Source of the DNA: Proteromonas lacertae
Lineage: Eukaryota
DNA length: 64,000 nucleotides
Reading direction: 5' to 3'
Assembly: GCA_002245135.1 (NCBI GenBank)
Contig: NGBS01000591.1
Location: 1-64,000 of the forward strand
How positions within the stretch are numbered: position 1 is the stretch's first letter; each line of letters starts with the position of its first letter. Positions 27,715 to 39,804 of the stretch are shown here, piece by piece. Both the position numbers and the translations under genes were made by a program. Below the pieces are notes generated by a model. That model was not told the origin of the DNA and did not search any database. It worked only from the letters and a program-made list of their open reading frames with translations.

Positions 27715-29045
27715 TTAAATAGTCATTTTCCTTTGTTTAGTGATTTCAATAAGAGACTGAATATCCTTAAGTGTCTTATCATGTTCTAACCCTTTATTCA
27801 TCATGGCATCTATATTATTTCTAAGTTCTTCTATGTCTGTATTGTTTGGAACAGGGTTGTATTTATCGGTTACCGACGGAGATAGGTCAAAACCTATAGG
27901 TTTTGCCTTGACCGTCAGTCGGTCAAGCCTTACAAGCCGTATATTATAAAATCTATTTTAATTCATTATATACTAATTTTCCCTTCATAAAAACTATCTT
28001 ATAATATATTTTAATACTTGATTCATATATTTTCAATTCAATTAAATAATTTTTAACTTTTTATAAAGAATTACAATTTAATACTCAACAATAATTAGGT
28101 ATTTTATATAATTATGTTCTTATTTATTTCTACTAATCATTAGTTTCATTTGTAATCTATCACATGATAAATTTGATTTGGATAAGTTACTTATTTGTCC
28201 ATCCTCGGAAAATATTCTTTCTGGCTCTGAATATGTTGCTAGACTGTTTAAACTGTTCTAGGCAAGTATGTATACCCTAGGAAACTTGGACTTTAATGAT
28301 AGCCAGATATTTCCAATGGTTTCAGAGGTGCTGTAATGAATATCATATTGAAAATATTCTTGTACTTCATTTGGCATAAGTAATCTCTTTCTTTTTACTG
28401 CAAATGCATTTATCAAGGCTTTTTATCTTTAACATATTATACCAAAAGGTTTTGTAAAAGTTAAAATTAAGATGTTTAAGCATATTTGCCTCTTTTAAGG
28501 CAATAACTTCACGAGCCGCTCCAATTGGTAAAACTATACTCCTAGAATATATAATGATAGATTATATTAGATACATTTATGATAATTTTAAGAAATGATT
28601 AATGTCAAGCTAAAAGTTTGCCATTTTTTCTTTCAAATTTTTATAATCATTCTATACTTTATATTACATATATAACACAATAGAATAACTCATTGGTAAG
28701 GTTAGATTCAATTATGAAGAAAGAAAAAAGCGCATCGACCGACGGTTAATTGGGTATTTTATAGAATGATATATAGAGCTTGAATTCAATATGTATAGTT
28801 AGATAATATTATTAATATCACATGTTTAGGAGGAGGTCAGCTAATAGTTACTACAGCCTGGTGTCGGTCAACATTTATTTATTGACCTACGACCGATCGG
28901 TTTTCTCCGTCGGTCATGACCGATTTATACAACCCTGGTTTGGAATACAATTGTGTGCCTTTAAGTATTTGAAAAGAGCCAAAGCTATCATATACAATAC
29001 AAATACGAGAACTGAAAGCAAAACAGTTATTACATCAAAGTCCAT
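27715..29045 (-). pseudogene. Small membrane protein (about 78 aa) split by hAT copy 1
   Basis: Excising 27852-28945 gives MDFDVITVLLSVLVFVLYMIALALFKYLKAHNCIPNNTDIEELRNNIDAMMNKGLEHDKTLKDIQSLIEITKQRKMTI*. Confidence 0.8.
27852..28937 (-). mobile_element. Non-autonomous hAT element, copy 1 (1086 bp)
   Basis: TIRs CAGGGTTGTAT..ATACAACCCTG; 8-bp TSD GTTTGGAA; internal remnant of the hAT dimerisation domain (IWLSLKSKFPRVYILA..LAT.SEPERIFS). Confidence 0.95.
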
Positions 29046-29112
29046 GTGTGTTTATGAGAATCTTATATAAGAAAACAAAATTAATCAAAGTAATGTATTT
29101 ATTATCAATAAA

Positions 29113-29709
29113 CTAACTTACAAGACATTGGTTATTATTAATATATTCATCCTTAATGGATCTTGGTGATATTGGAGATAAGTCATAATCTGTGAGATTG
29201 ACATTGTCATTGTCATTTTCAAGCTTGACTTGTATTTCTTCTATTTCTTTATTATCATTAGGAGGAGGAGGAGGTAATATATTAGCTTCATGATTCATCA
29301 TAATAATACTTTCTAATAATTGATGAGTTTTTTCAAAAGATGGGTTTCTTTTCTCCTTAATCTTGTTAACACACTCAAGGAACATATTAGGTGTAATGCG
29401 CACAGTCTCATCTACATCAGAAATACCTAAACTTTGAATTAATTTCTCTTTACTCTCATCCCACCAACATCCATTTTTGAATCTATATTCCAAGTCTAAT
29501 CTATACTGTTCATCGACGTATTTGAGTATATATCTGATCTCACTATAAGTTAATTCCTTTTTATCACCACATATCAAATTCCATAATTTAGATTTGGTTG
29601 GTGCCCTCATTTTGCCATCCTTTCTAAAGCAATTAATGAGTATTTGTTTATCAGAGTTCCAAAAGTTATAAGGCACTGTTCTATATTTGTGCTCCTGATC
29701 GTTATTCAT
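29113..29709 (-). CDS. Intronless hypothetical protein, 198 aa (element 1)
   Basis: Clean ATG ORF, divergent from the penton gene; no motif recognised. Confidence 0.7.
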   Translation of the reverse strand: MNNDQEHKYRTVPYNFWNSDKQILINCFRKDGKMRAPTKSKLWNLICGDKKELTYSEIRYILKYVDEQYRLDLEYRFKNGCWWDESKEKLIQSLGISDVDETVRITPNMFLECVNKIKEKRNPSFEKTHQLLESIIMMNHEANILPPPPPNDNKEIEEIQVKLENDNDNVNLTDYDLSPISPRSIKDEYINNNQCLVS

Positions 29710-29794
29710 TTTTAAAAAATAAAAGTGTAATTAATACTAATAATGACAATATTGACATTATTAACGAATTTATTTTCAAAATAGATTTTATCTT

Positions 29795-31848
29795 ATGTTA
29801 GTTTCGAATCATCGTGTATACTACTTAAATTCTGATATGATTGTATTATCTGATTCCATGGGCGGAGGAAACAAGTATAAGAAGACATTAAAATTGCAAT
29901 CATTCGATGATGATTATACTCATGTCAGCTTATTACATGCTGTTATACCCAATTCATTCCCAACTATACAGGAAGAAACAAATGATGAGTTTTCACTAGT
30001 ATTCACATTGGGATGGAGACATGATGTTCAAGTAGATGCACCAAAGTATCCAAACATCGTAAAACACCTCAAAATACCAAAAGGATTCTATGATGAAACT
30101 CAGATATTAAGTATGATCAATAATTTAGTCAAAAATATGACATATGATGTTTTTGGAATAAATGATACTTCATATAATACTGAAGGTTCACATGTGTCTA
30201 TTATACAAGGAAAAGGAGATTTATTTCGTATAGACAATTTCGATGATAATCAAACATATCATATTGAGGTAGCTAATGATATGAATATTATATACTATCA
30301 AAAAGACCCAGTATATTGGATAGAAAAATTAGAGATCATCACCAAAGATCTTAGTTACAAAATATTAGGCATACCTAAAAACAATTACTGGTGTTGTTTT
30401 AAAGAATATATTCCATCTGAAGAACCAGAGAATCAACAAGAAATTATGGTTAAGCCATTCCCATTTACTCAATTACCATTTCGTCCTTCTTTGATATGGG
30501 TTAATTCTATATCCATTAGATTAGACATAGTGAATATTATGCAGGATTCAAATGTATTAGAAAATATACCCGTTTCAAATCCAGAGTTACCATTTATTAC
30601 ATATCAGAATAATGACATATTGAATACATCGAAGAGATTCAATAATACCTATAACCAGGGTTGTATTTATCGGTTACCGACGGAGATAGGTCAAAACCTA
30701 TAGGTTTTGCCTTGACCGTCAGTCGGTCAAGCCTTACAAGCCGTATATTATAAAATCTATTTTAATTCATTATATACTAATTTTCCCTTCATAAAAACTA
30801 TCTTATAATATATTTTAATACTTGATTCATATATTTTCAATTCAATTAAATAATTTTTAACTTTTTATAAAGAATTACAATTTAATACTCAACAATAATT
30901 AGGTATTTTATATAATTATGTTCTTATTTATTTCTACTAATCATTAGTTTCATTTGTAATCTATCACATGATAAATTTGATTTGGATAAGTTACTTATTT
31001 GTCCATCCTCGGAAAATATTCTTTCTGGCTCTGAAGATGTTGCTAGACTGTTTAAACTGTTCTAGGCAAGTATGTATACCCTAGGAAACTTGGACTTTAA
31101 TGATAGCCAGATATTTCCAATGGTTTCAGAGGTGCTGTAATGAATATCATATTGAAAATATTCTTGTACTTCATTTGGCATAATTAATCTCTTTCTTTTT
31201 ACTGCAAATGCATTTATCAAGGCTTTTTATCTTTAACATATTATACCAAAAGGTTTTGTAAAAGTTAAAATTAAGATGTTTAAGCATATTTGCCTCTTTT
31301 AAGGCAATAACTTCACGAGCCGCTCCAATTGGTAAAACTATACTCCTAGAATATATAATGATAGATTATATTAGATACATTTATGATAATTTTAAGAAAT
31401 GATTAATGTCAAGCTAAAAGTTTGCCATTTTTTCTTTCAAATTTTTATAATCATTCTATACTTTATATTACATATATAACACAATAGAATAACTCATTGG
31501 TAAGGTTAGATTCAATTATGAAGAAAGAAAAAAGCGCATCGACCGACGGTTAATTGGGTATTTTATAGAATGATATATAGAGCTTGAATTCAATATGTAT
31601 AGTTAGATAATATTATTAATATCACATGTTTAGGAGGAGGTCAGCTAATAGTTACTACAGCCTGGTGTCGGTCAACATTTATTTATTGACCTACGACCGA
31701 TCGGTTTTCTCCGTCGGTCATGACCGATTTATACAACCCTGCCTATAACAATGGTATGATCACTATTCAGATTACCCAACAAAATGGCTATGAACTTAAT
31801 CTTGATAATATTGAGTTTAATTTAGATATTGTTGTATTTAAAGTCTAA
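29795..31848 (+). pseudogene. Minor capsid (penton) protein of Polinton-like virus/virophage type, about 319 aa, split by hAT copy 2
   Basis: VYYLNS, VSLLHAVIPNSFPTI..NDEF, KIPKGFYD, ILGI, VLENIPV. After excising the insert the frame continues FNNTYN|NGMITIQITQQNGYELNLDNIEFNLDIVVFKV*, a typical penton C-terminus. Confidence 0.78.
30656..31741 (-). mobile_element. Non-autonomous hAT element, copy 2 (1086 bp)
   Basis: Near-identical to copy 1; 8-bp TSD CCTATAAC at 30648-30655 and 31742-31749. Confidence 0.95.
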
Positions 31849-31879
31849 TTTTTATATTTCTTTATTCTTTTGTTTTCTA

Positions 31880-32359
31880 ATGGCTTTATCTATTCCAAAG
31901 GAACAGAAACATGGTGTAGATGTCCCTGTGATGCTACCCTTTTATAATTATGTGAGATTGTCTCCGATGGGATCAACATCAGAATACAAGTTGGAAGATA
32001 ACACGTATACAGAAGAGATTAGATGGGAGATAAGTGGAGATAATATTATCAATTTAGCTAAGTCGTATATCCAATTCGATATCGAAGTAAAATTAAATCC
32101 TTATGATGATGGAACCTATGCAACCGATCATATAAGAATTGGTTCAGAAGCAGGTGCTGTTAGAGCAGATTTAAGTAAGAAACTTATAAATAAAGATGAT
32201 GATTTATATCCAAGTACAATTGGAGGAATTAAAGAAGGGTTTGGCTTGGCCTCTTTTAGAATTTGTAATCAGACTGGAACAGATCTGGTCAAGCTTGATG
32301 ATTCGTATGAACCATATCGTGTATTTATGGATGAATTAGTTAGAAAGAGAGTGGAATAA
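31880..32359 (+). pseudogene. N-terminal part of a putative double-jelly-roll major capsid protein (truncated near 32325)
   Basis: PFYNYVRLSP..TEEIRWEISGDNIINLAKSYIQFDIEV..LASFRICNQTGTDLVKL resembles PLV MCP N-termini; lies directly downstream of the penton. Confidence 0.62.
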
Positions 32360-32370
32360 TTCATGGAAAA

Positions 32371-32985
32371 GTGAATAAAGAAATAGAAAAGAGAGAATAT
32401 GAAATAATATGTAAGAATATTCTAAATGAAAAGAAATTCAAAATTTCATTAGAATTTGTTGATGTGAAATTCACAAAATTAAACAAAAGTGATGGAATAT
32501 CAATCTCAAATAATGGAAAAACAATAACAAATATAAATGGTTTTCATAATCATTGTTATTTAAATAAGAAAATGGAAAATGGAGTTTATCATATCAAATA
32601 TAAATTTCATCAAAATGGAAATTATTATGATGATATGATGTTAGGATTATCAACTGATAATACATATTCTGGTAAATACATTCATAATCAACCAACAACA
32701 TGTAATTATTGGGCATTTTATGGTAAAAGTCAAGATATTACTTCAAGATGTCATATTGGAAGAATTGTTAATAAAAATCCAAATTTCAAAAATCATGGAG
32801 ATGGTTCAATTTATGAAGTGATAGTTGATATGAATAAAAGAGAATGGTGGATAAGTCATAATGATTCATCTCCTGTTTTACTTGTTAAAGATTTACCTTC
32901 TCCATTATATTCATATGCGGTGTTAGGTGGATATATTTCAATTGAATTATTATCAGTTTCTCATCAAAATAAATATCACTTTTAA
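32371..32985 (+). CDS. SPRY/B30.2-like domain protein (5' end disrupted)
   Basis: ISISNNGKTI..MENGVYHIKYKF..MMLGLS..GDGSIYEVIVDMNKREWWISHN..LPSPLYSYAVL. Confidence 0.7.
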   Translation: MNKEIEKREYEIICKNILNEKKFKISLEFVDVKFTKLNKSDGISISNNGKTITNINGFHNHCYLNKKMENGVYHIKYKFHQNGNYYDDMMLGLSTDNTYSGKYIHNQPTTCNYWAFYGKSQDITSRCHIGRIVNKNPNFKNHGDGSIYEVIVDMNKREWWISHNDSSPVLLVKDLPSPLYSYAVLGGYISIELLSVSHQNKYHF

Positions 32986-34106
32986 TATTAACATTACTAT
33001 TTTTTATTTGTTAGTATGTCATCAGTGCGTGTCTAGATCAATAGTAAAATGCACATATATATGCTGCATATTGAGTTTTATAATAATAAAAATATATTCG
33101 TTACATATTTTTCTTTAAATGCAGAAATATAACATAGAATTCGATTCTGATATAAAATAGAAGCAATATTGATAAATATATTCAAGTTGAAATCCATTTA
33201 TCCTCTTCAATGTTATATAATTACCTCTTTCTCTAGTTAATGAAAGAAATAAATATAAAATATCAGATTTGTCATATTTGATATAATCAAAGTAAGATCT
33301 AAATATATCCAAATTTGATGATTTAATGGTTCATATATATGATGAAGATGAATTAAAATCATGTAATATTAGTTCAAATATGTCAATAAGCAATGATAAA
33401 GTGATTCAAAGATAAATAGAATCATATGAAGGAGTGAAAGAAGTGATTAATGATAGTATATTATCAGAACCAAATACTGTTTACATACTTAGTTCAAATC
33501 GAATTGAAATGGGAGTATTTAATCAGACTCTTTATGACAATCCAAAAAGAGAAGAACTTAATTATTATGGAGATAGCTTAAAGAATATGAATATTTAGAT
33601 AGTTTAGGAAATAGATGTGTTATAACTGGAGCATTTAAAACAAAAAATAATGAAGAAGCATATAATTGATTGATTTTGTTAAATTATTTAGCCAATAACA
33701 TAAAATAAATTTTTGAAGCTCTTATCAAACTTATAATTTCTTTTTCTCTTTTATTCTCTATCCAGTTATTTTGTATAGATTGTAAAGAATATTAAATGTA
33801 TAGAGAAATTAATTTGGAATTGTTTATATACAAATATTATTATTACTCAAAGAGAGTTATTTACAAATATGTATTAAGAATGACAATTTGAGAATTTGAT
33901 GTAAATAATCCGCCATAAAATACTGAAAAGATTAAATGCAATGAAATTTTGTGTACATACTACACATTATATGGTCTTTTAAAAATTACAATAATATTTA
34001 AGAAACTAAAAAAAATACATATCTTAATAAAGATTTAAAATAATTATATAGAAATTTTATAACTATTTTAATATTTTTATGGATTAGCCTAGTTGATTAT
34101 ATATTA

Positions 34107-34910
34107 ATGGTTGTTAATAATTTTATATATTTATTTATAGTATTATATATCTTCGTTATAACAAATAATCAAAAATCAATATTATTATTTAGAGTTACTT
34201 CATTGACGCTTAATCAATTGAAAAGAATAAGAGAGTATAGGAAAGAATTATCAAATATATATGATGTTATTATTCTAATAGATATATGCAAAAATGTGAC
34301 TTATGGTATAACAACTTATTGTATTGCTAGAAAATTAGTACTAGAAAAATATCCAGAAGTCAGGAGGATGGGTGGAAAATGTAAAAATAAATCAGAGTCA
34401 TTTTATATGTGGATACTGCATTCTGAACATTATTTACTTTGGGATAATATTTATAAATTATATTATAAATATTTGTGGGTGTTTGATCAGGATGTTATAT
34501 ATACTGGAAATATATATTATTTTTTAAATAAATATGATAAATTTAAGGATGATTTAATAACATACCATTATACTTCTTACTTTTCTACAGTATGGAATAA
34601 TTGCGTTACAAACGAATATAAACGCAGTAGATCAAATAAAACATATTATGTTGCAACTCACATTCATAGACTGTCAGCTAAAATGAGAAATGCACTAAAT
34701 AGGGAATTTAAACTTAAAAGACATGCTCAAGTGGAACAAATGATTATTGAAACTGCTTTATACTATAAACTATCAGTAAGAGAAATGGATAGAAATGATT
34801 ATGATAAATATCAAGGCTTTGGTAAATTAATTAAAACTAAAGGTGAATTAGAGAAATTACTAATAGATAATTTAACTAAGAATATTATATATCATCCGGT
34901 TAAATATTGA
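34107..34910 (+). CDS. Putative type II membrane glycosyltransferase (DxD; DUF3405-like)
   Basis: N-terminal TM segment; YKYLWVFDQDVIYTGN..YD..DDLI; HAQVE; YHPVK. Confidence 0.55.
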   Translation: MVVNNFIYLFIVLYIFVITNNQKSILLFRVTSLTLNQLKRIREYRKELSNIYDVIILIDICKNVTYGITTYCIARKLVLEKYPEVRRMGGKCKNKSESFYMWILHSEHYLLWDNIYKLYYKYLWVFDQDVIYTGNIYYFLNKYDKFKDDLITYHYTSYFSTVWNNCVTNEYKRSRSNKTYYVATHIHRLSAKMRNALNREFKLKRHAQVEQMIIETALYYKLSVREMDRNDYDKYQGFGKLIKTKGELEKLLIDNLTKNIIYHPVKY

Positions 34911-35423
34911 AAATTTTTAATTTACGTATTTTAATGAAATAAAAGGGAGTAATTATGGATAATAGGAGAGAATTGTATCATTCATATTGATCTTTTTATT
35001 AATATTTCAACCAAAATTATTATCCATAATTATTAATTAAATAATGATTATCTGTTAAATTATAAAGGGAGTATGAATAAATAATTCAAATTGATGAGTT
35101 TGTAATAGAATATAAATATTTCATTCTTATTGCTAAGCATAATGATGTGATGTTAACTATAGAGTTTTTATAAGATTGTTTATATAATTTATAGCAACGT
35201 TGAAAAATATTACACACTTTTTTTCTTTAATTCTTTGTTTTATATATACATTTTTTCATTAATAAATTCGATATATTTGTTCATAATTCTAAATACTGAA
35301 AATCTGCAAGACTTCTTGTATTAGCATTTTTGGTATAAGTTGTTGATGGTTTCTACTAACTCTTATAGTAGATGCTTCTAATTACTTAAAGAAAAGTAAT
35401 TTTATGCTTCTAACAAACTACAA

Positions 35424-36848
35424 ATGATTAGCCTTTATATTAACATTTTGTTCATTATAATCATTATTTCTAATTTACTTTGGACTACAATATCAAATAA
35501 TATAATCTGTGATAGTTTATTCAAACAATGTTCTAAAAATTTTATAAAGAATATAGCAGTAGACAATATTATATTTTTATCAGTAGTATCAAAAAAATAT
35601 AAACTTCAATTCGAAAATTATTGGATTACATCAATATATGCAAATAATATAACAAATATACTAATTATTTCAACTGATAAATATATATATAGTTATTGTA
35701 AAAAGTTTACCAAAAATATTCTAATGGGTAGAGTAATAAAGAATCTATACGAAGACGTAATATATATGAATAATGATTATTCAAAAATAATAGTATCTAA
35801 AATAGAAATAATTTACAAAATTCTATATTATGGTTATTCTGTATTACTTTGCGATTTGGATATTTATTTATATAAAAATCCAATTCCTTTTCTTATAGAA
35901 AGAAAAGAAGATATAGTTGCATCTATAGATATACCTGGAGTAATAAACAGTGGATTTTAGTATAATCACTAATCTAGTTTGATAGTTTTATATATAGAAA
36001 CAATAGAACTTTATACTTTTTCTATCATATTCTAAATAATTCAATATATAGAAAAGGAAGTGTTAATAATGATCAGGATTATATAAATAAAGAACTTAAA
36101 CAACATAAAAACATTTTAAGCATAAAAGAATTACCAATTAATCAATTCACTTCAGGGTGTTTTTACTTTTTAAAACAATGTAATATGTTTTATGATGAAA
36201 TTAAGCGTAATTATATATTTAAATATATATCTTTATTATGATAGATTCTAAAGAGAATGTTATGTTACATTTCAATTGCATAAATAGATATTTAAGAGGT
36301 AAAATATATAAGCAAAAAGAGTTATTAATGTACAATGTTGATGAAAATAACTACTACAGTTCAAAAGTCAATAAATACTTAATCATTAATTACATCAATT
36401 ATTTACATAACATAAGTTATGATAGAATGATAGTAGTTTTAGGATTTACTTTAGCATTATATACTAAAAGGATATTTATTCTTCCTAAATTTAGTTGCAA
36501 AAATGCATTATTGTTTAATAAAGCTAAAAACAAAAACTGTTCTTTTGATGAATTGTTTGATATTAACCTATTGGATAAATATCTATCTTACCATTATAGA
36601 GAAAATGTATTATAATATTATTAATATAGTTATAGCAATTCCTCTACAATAAAAGAGTACCTAATACAACTAAACATTCTTTAAAAACAATTGTTATAAA
36701 AAGCAATGAATCTATAAACATTATATACAATAAACTAAAAAAAGAAACACAATATGTTCTAACATTAGATTTGAAAGGTTATTATACGTTTAATATATAT
36801 AAATCAAAATATTTAAAAGCAATCAAATACAGAAACTATTTTGTATAA
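35424..36848 (+). CDS. Nucleotide-diphospho-sugar transferase (GT77-like), 3 introns
   Basis: TM anchor; KIEIIYKILYYGYSVLLCDLDIYLYKNP, INSGF, NDQDYIN, LHFNC; ends RNYFV*. Confidence 0.8.
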
Positions 36849-36850
36849 TA

Positions 36851-37345
36851 CAGATTCTTGTAATTAAATGTTTCTAAATTTCATAATACTTATACCAGCC
36901 ATCATGTTTGGCATTTCCTTTCCAAAAAAAGAGATTCTTGGTTACAATAAATAAGTACAAACCTCTAGTTTCTTGCTTTTTAAAATCAATTACAGACTGA
37001 CAATAGCTATGGTTATATGAAGATAATAAAGTATGTAATTTATAAAAATCGTAGAAGATGAAAAGAAAAATTAACCATATATTAATTTTGTAATACATTG
37101 TATTATTTGTTAGTTTTTCATTAAAATATACTTAGTTAAATATATAACTAGAATATTATATCAGTTTATATTATTTAGTTGATAAAAATTGATGATAGAA
37201 AGTTGATAGAAGAGTGAAATTGAGGTTTGTGCTTATTTATTGTAACAAAGAATCTTTTTTTTGGAAAGATTCGTTACAGAAATGCCAAACATAATGGCTG
37301 ATACAAGTATTATGAAAATTAGCAACATTTAATTGCAACAATCTG
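36851..37345. mobile_element. Old Tc1/mariner-like MITE (495 bp; mirror copy at 61118-61612)
   Basis: TA|CAGATT..AATCTG|TA termini; ~120-bp imperfect inverted repeats at 36851-36972 and 37217-37345. Confidence 0.7.
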
Positions 37346-37471
37346 TAATACTATTATTTGAAAGGGAAAAAACAATAAATTTACGGTTTTCTAATCATCC
37401 AAGATCTATATTCTTTCTCATTAGTTGCTGTTACATTTACTCTATATTTAAGAGCAAATTCATCTACAGCT

Positions 37472-37726
37472 TATATAGTATATAAATGGGACTCAGGCAC
37501 AATGTCACAGAGTCCTAACAAGTGTTCTAGGGGTCCATCCCTTTCTAGATTCAGAGTTGACTTTTACGAGGCCTTCATCAATGCAATCGATGAAGACCTC
37601 GTAAAAGTCAACTCTGAATCTAGAAAGGGACGGACTCCTAGAACACTCGTTAGAACTCTGTGACAATGTACCATAGTCCCATTTACGTAAGGTTCCTGCG
37701 GGATTCCTCCTAACGGGTCTACTTCC
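37472..37726. repeat. Left TIR of element 2, containing a 203-nt imperfect palindrome (37483-37685)
   Basis: 97-nt arms and a 9-nt centre (37580-37588); 9 arm mismatches by manual alignment. Confidence 0.95.
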
Positions 37727-38103
37727 CAACGGAGTCTACTTCCCTACGGGGACTCCTGGAAGCTATCTAGAAGTGTTGGTTACCTCGAGGTGATGATTCT
37801 AATAACGCTCTTGACTATCCTTGCTACACTGGTGACCTTGTAAGGGCTTTTAATTGAACCGTGGAAACCAATCGTGGAAACGGGAGTTTACAATTGGTAA
37901 AAAGTTACCAAATGATAAGCAATCTCAGGAGCTTCCTAGAGGTAAGTTACAATGACCTTATAATTCACCTAGGTAAAGTGTTCCAATGCTCAACAATTGT
38001 CGGGAAAAATGAGACTGATAGACCGTAGAAACTACGGGGTTTCTACGTTTAGGAAGCTCCCAAGAATGGCATTCCAGTTTGTTAATTCCAAGGTCAAAGT
38101 AAG

Positions 38104-38532
38104 ATGCCTATCCATACCTACAATCCCAACACTCATCAATACTCCAACGAGGATAGTCTTGATAGTAGATCCAGATTCACCTCCGTGGATGATCTTACCG
38201 ATCAATGTTATTACGAGGATCCATTGGAGCCATTACCCTTTGCTAGCTCCGATAAAGCAACCAAGAGAAAGTACAACCCGGCTCCTGCTTATTGTTATTA
38301 TACTCCAACTCTTTATAGCAGCTTCCTTGAGAACCATCAATCGAAGAAGTCAAAAGTCAAAGGCAAGGGATTCTTCCAGGACATAGGTAACTTCTTTAAG
38401 AAAAGCAAGGTGCTATCAACGGTAAGCAAGTACATTCCTGTAGCTGGACCGATGATAAGCGATGTTCTCAAAACCAATGGACTAGGTAAAGTAAAACTTC
38501 ATAAGGCCAAGAGAAGTAAAGGTGGTAAATAA
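38104..38532 (+). CDS. Putative virion core/membrane-lytic (protein VI-like) protein of element 2
   Basis: VKGKG-FFQDIGNFFKKSKVLSTVSKYIPVAGPMISDVLKTNGLG: GxG followed by an amphipathic helix, then a basic tail ending KGGK. Confidence 0.55.
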   Translation: MPIHTYNPNTHQYSNEDSLDSRSRFTSVDDLTDQCYYEDPLEPLPFASSDKATKRKYNPAPAYCYYTPTLYSSFLENHQSKKSKVKGKGFFQDIGNFFKKSKVLSTVSKYIPVAGPMISDVLKTNGLGKVKLHKAKRSKGGK

Positions 38533-38595
38533 AGGAACCGTAGAAGCAACAACAAAATCATTGTCTATCGTCTCTAAGCAGTAAAGTCTTTCCCA

Positions 38596-39788
38596 ATGAT
38601 GAACCAACCCCTTGAAGATCCATAACTACAACAGCCTGAAGAATAAGAAGGTAACCTGATTGTCAATGATCCCATGGAAGCAACCATCAATAACACAAGT
38701 AAGGAGATCCCGATAAAGCCGTACGTGAAGTCTACGTTCTATCAACCTCCGACCTTCTCATCTCCTGAGGATCTACTTCAAAGAACTTACAACACCTTAC
38801 CATTCCTATTTCTTAATCAGTTCATAAGGCAAGTACATCACTACGATAAATCAATCCCAGTAGAATTCGTAAAGGAGTTCTACTACAGACAACCGGGCAA
38901 TCAGGTAGTCTACGTCAACACCAGGATAAAGCCCTTAAAGATCATTCCAGCTCTGACAGCTATCAAATGGACATAGTCTTCTTCTTACCAAAGAATAGTC
39001 ACAAGTACGGATGGCTTTATTTAGTTCACATACCTAGCAGGAAGGTGCTCTGTTACTGGATGCCTGATAAGACTTATAACTCAGTGATGGAGGCATGGCA
39101 AAGGTTCTTCTATCAAGGACATGAGTAGGAACCTTTAAGGGATGAGCATAGCCGCAATGTATCAACGATCTTAACAGACAAGGAAGGAGCCTTCTTATGC
39201 AACTTGTTTCAAGAGGAGCTTATACAACACCAGATCCAGTACATCGTTAAGGACGTAGATGGGCATCATGTAATGAGCATCCTTGATCATTCAATCTCTG
39301 AGGTCAAGAGATTGCTTTACAAGAGAATAGCTGATGTTGACTTCCACTCCCGAGGAGCTCTGAACGTAAGACAATTCATCCTACTTATTGATGAAGTCGT
39401 TGATCAGCACAATAATAAACCGAAGGCATCCTTATCCTAGTTCACTCCCAATGAAGTCTTCTACGACGAAGATGTCCAGCAGTACTTCTACAATCACGCC
39501 GAGATGTGTAACCAAAGGAACACTGCCATGGAACAGTTCAATATCAGGGACTTCGTAAGCGTTAAGGAACGTCGAGTAAGCAAGATAGAGAAGGCCTTAT
39601 TCTACTCCGACATCATCTATCGGATCATCGCAAAGAACACCTACTCCTTCATACTCGGAGATGCTAACATGAATCCGGTCAAGGACATCTCCGATAAGTG
39701 CTATAAGCCAAATGAACTCCTCAAGGTAAATGAAGATGCTAGTATAACAAGGAACCGTAAGCTCATCAAGAGATACAATATACGATAA
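38596..39788 (+). CDS. Retroviral-like (rve, Polinton-type) integrase, read through 2 TAA, 2 TAG and one 1-nt indel
   Basis: SYQMDIVF (D at 38970), LVHIPSRK, ILTDKEGAF, ILDHSISEVKRLL, HNNKPKASLS*FTPNEV, FNIRDFVSVK, KIEKALFYSDIIYRI. Stops at 38623, 38644, 39126, 39438; frame change at ATT-CC-AGC (38947). Confidence 0.85.
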
Positions 39789-39804
39789 TGTTAAAGGACA
39801 TAAG

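Larger units (their letters stand above)
20404..32359. mobile_element. Endogenous Polinton-like/MELD virus remnant (element 1), truncated and interrupted by nested transposons; boundaries approximate
   Basis: Compact intronless ORFs unlike the flanking intron-rich genes, ending in an adjacent penton and capsid N-terminus. No TIRs or TSD found. Confidence 0.6.
34463..37471. repeat. Inverted segmental duplication, copy A (continues at 43318-43586 after element 2)
   Basis: Reverse complement of 60992-64000 (coordinate sum 98463); identical ORF translations. Confidence 0.95.

Noticed and set aside
28822..29070. ORFs arising from hAT ends (also the tails of 29795-30703 and 56267-56779)
   Set aside because: Chimeric read-ins to transposon termini.
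36874..37098. 74-aa ORF (and its copy at 61365-61589)
   Set aside because: Lies inside the TA-flanked MITE; probably non-coding.
37700..37890. Short tandem repeats (GTCTACTTCC units; CGTGGAAAC x2) as a CRISPR-like array
   Set aside because: Only 2-3 units with no unique spacers; better seen as subterminal repeats of element 2.
37997..38386. Overprinted ORF overlapping 38104-38532
   Set aside because: No recognisable motif; an open alternate frame is plausible from codon bias. Not excluded, but unsupported.
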